Positions 58,704-64,000 of a stretch of DNA of 64,000 nucleotides are shown piece after piece. Numbering within the stretch: position 1 is the first letter of the stretch; each line of letters starts with the position of its first letter. Position numbers and translations under genes: made by a program. The DNA is from Amoebidium appalachense (lineage: Eukaryota > Protista > Ichthyosporea). The notes under the pieces are model-generated. The model saw nothing but the letters and a program-made list of their open reading frames with translations. It was not told where the DNA came from and did no database searches. Location: NCBI GenBank assembly GCA_963693365.1, contig CAVNZM010000016.1, forward strand, positions 5,510,543 to 5,574,542, written 5' to 3'.

Positions 58704-61700
58704 ACGAGCTGAAAAAAGCAAAGAGCAAAAAGGGAAACAATGAGTGCAAGCGAAGCAAGCAGGGAGGAAGAGAAGAGAGAGTACACACCTCCTTGATCTG
58801 GGGGTAGGCCGGGTTGCTGGGGTCCTGCTTCTGCAGCTGGTCAATGGTCTCGTTGACGTTCTCGACCTTGCGGTTAATGAGCTTGGTCTCGACTGCACCA
58901 ACGGAGGCGCGGGCAGTGGCGTTGGCCTCGTGGATGGAGAGGGCCTCACGAAGGTTGACCAGGCGGGCAGTGCGGGCCTTGAAGATGTCGAACTTGATCA
59001 GAAGCTTCCAGGTGATGACCTTGCAGATGTCCTGGATGAACCACCAGATGATGCAGTAGATCCAGATCCACAGGGGGTACAGCTTGTAGCTGCCGGTGGC
59101 CAGGCCAGCAACGGGAATGCCGTCGGTCTCACCCTCGGGCCAGACGGAGGCAAGGATGGTGGAGATGGTCAGGGCAATGCAGGCGGCACCCAGAAGGAGC
59201 CATCCGGGGCGGGCCTCGAAGAAGGGGCCAACGGTACGGGCAGAGAACAGCGTAAGGAAATCGGACAGCGATACCTTGAGGTAGATCATGGTGATGATCT
59301 GACCGTACTCAAGAGCGGGGAGGTGGAGGTTGCTCTGCCAGAAGCTGTCGGGGTCCAGCGACTTGAAGGCCAGGGCGACGAGGAGCAGAGACGACAACAT
59401 GGCAACGGCACCCAGAACAATGGACACGGTGAACAGAACCTTGAGGTTCCACTTCTCGGGGCGGGAAGACGGGGTGACGTTGTCATAGCCCACAGAGATA
59501 AGGGTACCGTCGTTGGTGACGTTGTCATAGCCCACAGAGATAAGGGTACCGTCGTTGAGCAGGGTGATCAACATCAACATGAGCACGGGGAGAGAGAAGA
59601 AATCGGGCCACCTCGGGGTGGTGGTCGGGATCCAGCCGTTGGTAATAGCCTCATCGTAGTACTCGTTAGGGTGGAAAGCAAACACGCACACGAAGAAGAA
59701 GCACAGAAGCTGAAGGGTGGCGGCAATACGGTAGTTGAGGAAGTTCTGGATACGCTTGAAGATGCTGCGGGCAATGACGATGGCGTGGACAATGACGGAC
59801 AGACCCTCCTGAGTCAGCACAATGTCGGCGGCGGCGCGGGCGGCGTCAGTGGCACCAGACACGGCAATACCGACATCGGCGCGCTTAAGGGCAGGGGCAT
59901 CGTTCACACCGTCACCAGTCATACCGCAGGCGAAGCCCAACTTACGCAGAACCTCGACGATCAAGAACTTGTGCTCGGGGAACACCTCGGCGAAACCATC
60001 AGCCTCGACGATGAGAGTACCGAACTTCTGGATGGCATCCTTGGGCACCTTGTTGTCGCTGTCCAGACCCGGGAGACCGACCTTCTTGCAGCTGTGGATG
60101 GTCGTGCCGAGACCCAACATGCGTGCGCACTCCTTGGCAATCACACCGTGGTCACCGGTAATCATCTTGACGTCAACACCGAGCTCCATAGACTTCTCAA
60201 TGGTGTCCTTGGTGTCGTGGCGGGGGGGATCCAGGAAGGTAAGCATACCGAGCATGTTCCAGCGGCCCTCGTCGTCCGTGCGGGCAACAGCCAGAGAGCG
60301 GATACCACGGCCACCGAGCTCGTTCACCTTGCCCCACACCTCGTCGTGGATCTGGTCCTTGTTCCAGCACAGCTCGAGAATAATCTGGGGGGCGCCCTTT
60401 GTCGTCTTGAACACCTTGCCGTCAGGGCCCTCGAGGGTACCTTCCGTGCGCTTAAGGGTGGGGTCAAAGGGAATGTAGTCAATCTGCTTGTAGACGTCCA
60501 GAGACTTGAGGTCGGCAGAGCCCAGCACGAGGGTGTCAAGGGCATCACGGGGGGGCTCCTTCCACTTGGCGGCAAGGGCAGCCATCTGCAGAATGGTGCG
60601 CTGGTTCTCGCCGGGGGTCCACACGGGGGTGTCCTCCTGGATCACCATCTTGTTGAGGGTCAGGGTGCCGGTCTTGTCGGAGCACAACATGTTCATGCCG
60701 GCCATCTCCTCAATGGCAGTCAGGCGGGTGACAATGGCGCCGTGGACGGACATCTGGCGGGAACCGAGGGCCAGCGTGGTGGTGCACACAATCTCAATGG
60801 CAATGGGGATGGAGGCAACCATCAGAACGACGACGAAGGAAAGAGCCTCCTTGAACTTCTCACCGCGGATGAGCAGGTATGCCAGGGCAATACCGCACAG
60901 AAGAAGAGACAGGACGACCAGCACAATCATGATGCGGATAAGCATCTTCTGGAGGTTGCCCAGGTCATCACCACCCTGCAACATAGCAGCAGTCTTGCCG
61001 AAGAACGTGTTCATGCCGGTGTCCATGACGGTACCCTCAACCTCACCACGGGTGACGGTGGAACCCATCTTGGCGTCATCACCAGCATACATGGTGACGG
61101 GGAGAGACTCACCCGTAAGGGCGGACTGATCGACCTGAATCTGACCGTGGTTGACCTGGAAGGGAGAGGGGAAAAGGTAAGAGCAAGCACAATGGATGCA
61201 TAAAATAATGTTTCCTAAAATTAAAGCCGGCTGGTTGCCGAACATAATGTGCACTAAGGTTTGGGGGCCGATAGACAATAAAGAGAAGGAAAAGGGGACG
61301 AGTGCAAGGGGGGGAACGCGATAACGGTGTGCAGCCCGAAAGCAAACGGTGCACGAGGCAGGCATGTGGTGGTGGTGGTGGTGGTGGTTGGGGGAAGGGG
61401 GTGGGTGGTTGGGGGTAGCAAGAAAGCAACAAGCAGGGGCAACAAGGAGACACATACCCTGCAGTCAGCAGGCACGTTGGAACCGGCAGCCAAGAGTACG
61501 AGGTCACCGGGGACAAGCAGGGCGGCGTCAATGTTCTTCCAGTTGCCGTCGCGCTTGGCAGTAGCCATGGGCTTAAGGGAAGCCTTAAGAGCCTCAACGG
61601 CATTACCGGCCTTAATAATTTCGTACCAACCAATAGTGGCATTGGCGAACTGGATGAAGAGAAGGATACCCATGTCCAGCCAGTTCTGGATGGCAGCCTC

Positions 61701-62764
61701 GATAATGATGGCGAGCCAAATCATAATAGGCATAGGGGCCTTGAGCTGTAGGGGTAGGGGGAAGGGGATATGTTGGTAAGAAACAACCCAGACACCCCAA
61801 ACGGGAAAAAGGCAACCCCTTACAGATCCCTCTAAAAGGAAGTAATGGTCAGCACTTGGCTTAGAACAGAAGAGTGCAAGGAACTCTCGAACACACCATA
61901 TACTTCTACAAGATGGAGCGGAAAGCAAGCACAAGCAGAGCAAAAAAATTGCTTGGTCACACCACAAAAGGATTGCAAGACAACCAAATTAAGCTGTTTA
62001 TGTTTGAGAGGTTCGATAAGTAAACAAAGCTACTAGTCCTCTATCAAGAACTCGTTATATTGGCAAACTAAGCAAATGCAAAATACAGAGATGTCTCGTA
62101 ATTGAGGTATTCGGGCAGGGCACGAGGCTATCTATAGAAATACTAGGAAAGCAAGCACAAGCAGAGCAAAAGATTTGCTTGGTCACACCAAAAAAGGATT
62201 GCAAGACAACCAAGCAGGTATTCGGGCAGGGCAACGAAGCTATCTATAAAAATACTAGAAGAGTTACTAACCTGCATCAGGTAGATGAGCCACTTGGGGG
62301 TCTTCTTCTCCACAAGCTCGTTCCTACCCCATTGGTGGATGAGAGCATCGGCCTCTGCAATAACCAAGAAAGGTCAGAAAAAAAACTTGTGGAACAGACT
62401 AACCAACGTGACAGGCTCGACGTGCAACGGACCTGAAACCACTCCAAGTTCCCCTCACGAAGACGCCACTTCTGCATACATAAAGCTCATAAAGAAAGGC
62501 AGCACCATCAGGTTACCATAAGACTAACGAGGCTTCCTTTAGCATAAACGAGCTGCAACTCTTTCCAGCAGGCACTGGGATGAGCATGGGAAGGCAGGAC
62601 AGGCACTCGAAGGACGTACCAGATGAGGTGAGACCCTTGGAGGGGACCCAGTCGGCGGCGGCCTTCTTGGCATCATCGCCGTGCTCATCGTTCATAGCGA
62701 CGAGCTCAACAGCTCCCTCTTTCTCTTTGCCTGCCATTTTGCCCTTCTCGCCAGGTGCGTCCAT
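58277..62764 (-). CDS. PMA1: P3A-type plasma-membrane H+-ATPase; exons 62764-62620, 62354-62272, 61745-61458, 61155-58789, 58618-58277
   Basis: DQSALTGES, CSDKTGTLT, KGAP, DPPR, MITGD, MTGDGVNDAPALK and LLNDG motifs; GT-AG junctions in phase. Confidence 0.95.
61920..62258. repeat. Interleaved intronic duplications (~68 bp and ~41 bp) in H+-ATPase intron 2
   Basis: 61920-61988 resembles 62146-62213; 62106-62146 resembles 62217-62258. Confidence 0.75.
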
Positions 62765-63852
62765 CGGCTAGCGATTCACCGAAGATGCGGAACGCGTGGA
62801 CGTCAGGATGCGGTTGGAAATCGTGCCCGACACTTTTTATACTAAGCCGCAGGGCACACTTTTGGTAACAGAGCCGTGTGATTGTTAACTAATCGGAATT
62901 GAACATGAGCATCTACCAATTGTATTTGTCGGAATTTCATTGTTTGTGGTGCATAGGACGTCGATAAAGAAAACAGATTTTGTAATCTATATATTTAAGG
63001 TAGATAAAGATTTTTAATTCATTAAACCTTTTTTGGTTTTAAATGTGATGTCAGTAATTGCTTTACGTAGACTTTCAAATCAAATTCTGCTTGTGTGCCA
63101 GCCCACGCCACACAGTGTGTGAGCATTCAAGATTCCATTTTGCCAGCCCTCAAGTGGTGAGACCGCCATGTGCGCCGGTGGGGAAGAGCATGAGCACAGC
63201 AGCATTGCTACAATGTAGAGAAACTTTTTGAGAAATAAGTAGAAAAAATATTTTCTGTTTTTATTATTCGCTCTATTTATTTATAAAAATGAAGAATTCT
63301 GCTCGGCTATTTGGTGCCGCCGATGGATTGTGCCTTGTGCTAGCTAGCCCTTTGATTCGCTCTTGGTCACGAACTCTTGATGCCAGAATAAAAACTCATT
63401 TCCGACTGGATAGAATGCAGATTGGACTAACGCCAGCTTTCAGGCCAGTGACGACCTTGGCCATGACTTTGACCGAATCAATCACTTTCATGTCCACGGT
63501 GGCTGTTTCATGTTTGTGGTGTCCATTTCCATTGGCTAACTATCAGCAGCCAGATTCTGCGTGTAACGGCCGCCCCCGCGCACTCGGCCCAATGCCATGT
63601 GCAGGCACCGACATCTGCACATCGGTTCCAAGAACTACTGGCTACCCTCCACGATTCGTATATGCGCCCTTTAGCATAAATTTTGCCTACCGTAAGTTTC
63701 TCATAAATAAGAATAACTGTATTTTTATATGGTGACAGTTTCAGACGTTACTTCGGGGTTCAATACTCATCGACTTGGCCGGTATGTACACTACATGTAC
63801 ATGATTTCCGGTGTTGGCTCCTTATGATCGCGAAAGCCTTGATATCGGTGGG

Positions 63853-63948
63853 GTTTCAGTACGCTGTTTACTCAAGGCAAAGAGAGACCAGTCTCAGGTA
63901 TGGGGGGTTTTGCTCGGAATATCCCCTCAGCGGTATATCATGATCACG
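63853..63948 (+). repeat. Dispersed repeat family 2, partial copy
   Basis: ACGCTGTTTACTCAAGGCAAAGAGAGACCAGTCTCAGGTATGGGGG...ATCATGATCACG matches 14013-14105. Confidence 0.85.
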
Positions 63949-64000
63949 CGGGGCCCGTTGTCACGGAGCGAGCTTGATAATAAATAGGTGTATTATAGCC

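Noticed and set aside
58744-61203. 819-aa plus-strand ORF
   Set aside because: Antisense shadow of the GC3-biased H+-ATPase exon.

Overview
Eukaryotic nuclear DNA from an intron-rich unicellular eukaryote. An ichthyosporean-like holozoan is my guess from style only, and is not established. The window is full of (CA)n, (CT)n, (GCAC)n and poly-G/poly-C tracts, which explain most entries in the ORF track. Well-supported genes: an intronless fasciclin (FAS1) protein (17839-19347 +), an F-box/LRR protein (3 exons, -), eIF3b (17 exons, -), a 4-TM His/Asp-rich membrane protein (54340-54924 +) and a P3A plasma-membrane H+-ATPase (5 exons, -). Less certain genes: a large acidic exon with DWDxEF repeats, two orphan multi-exon genes at the left end, and a frameshifted secreted Cys-repeat gene. 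Non-coding highlights: (1) three SNORD38/snR61-like C/D snoRNA copies, one in each of the last three eIF3b introns; (2) about 11 copies or remnants of a 5'-truncated element that sits in poly-C tracts and carries a covarying, pseudoknotted RNA module with hammerhead-like CUGANGA/CGAAAC fragments, the best candidate for an undescribed system; (3) poly-C tracts directly after half of the eIF3b splice donors; (4) a second repeat family forming a ~550-bp inverted repeat; (5) template-switch-like hairpins and an in-frame duplication of the H+-ATPase proton-acceptor segment. All calls were made by eye, with no database searches.
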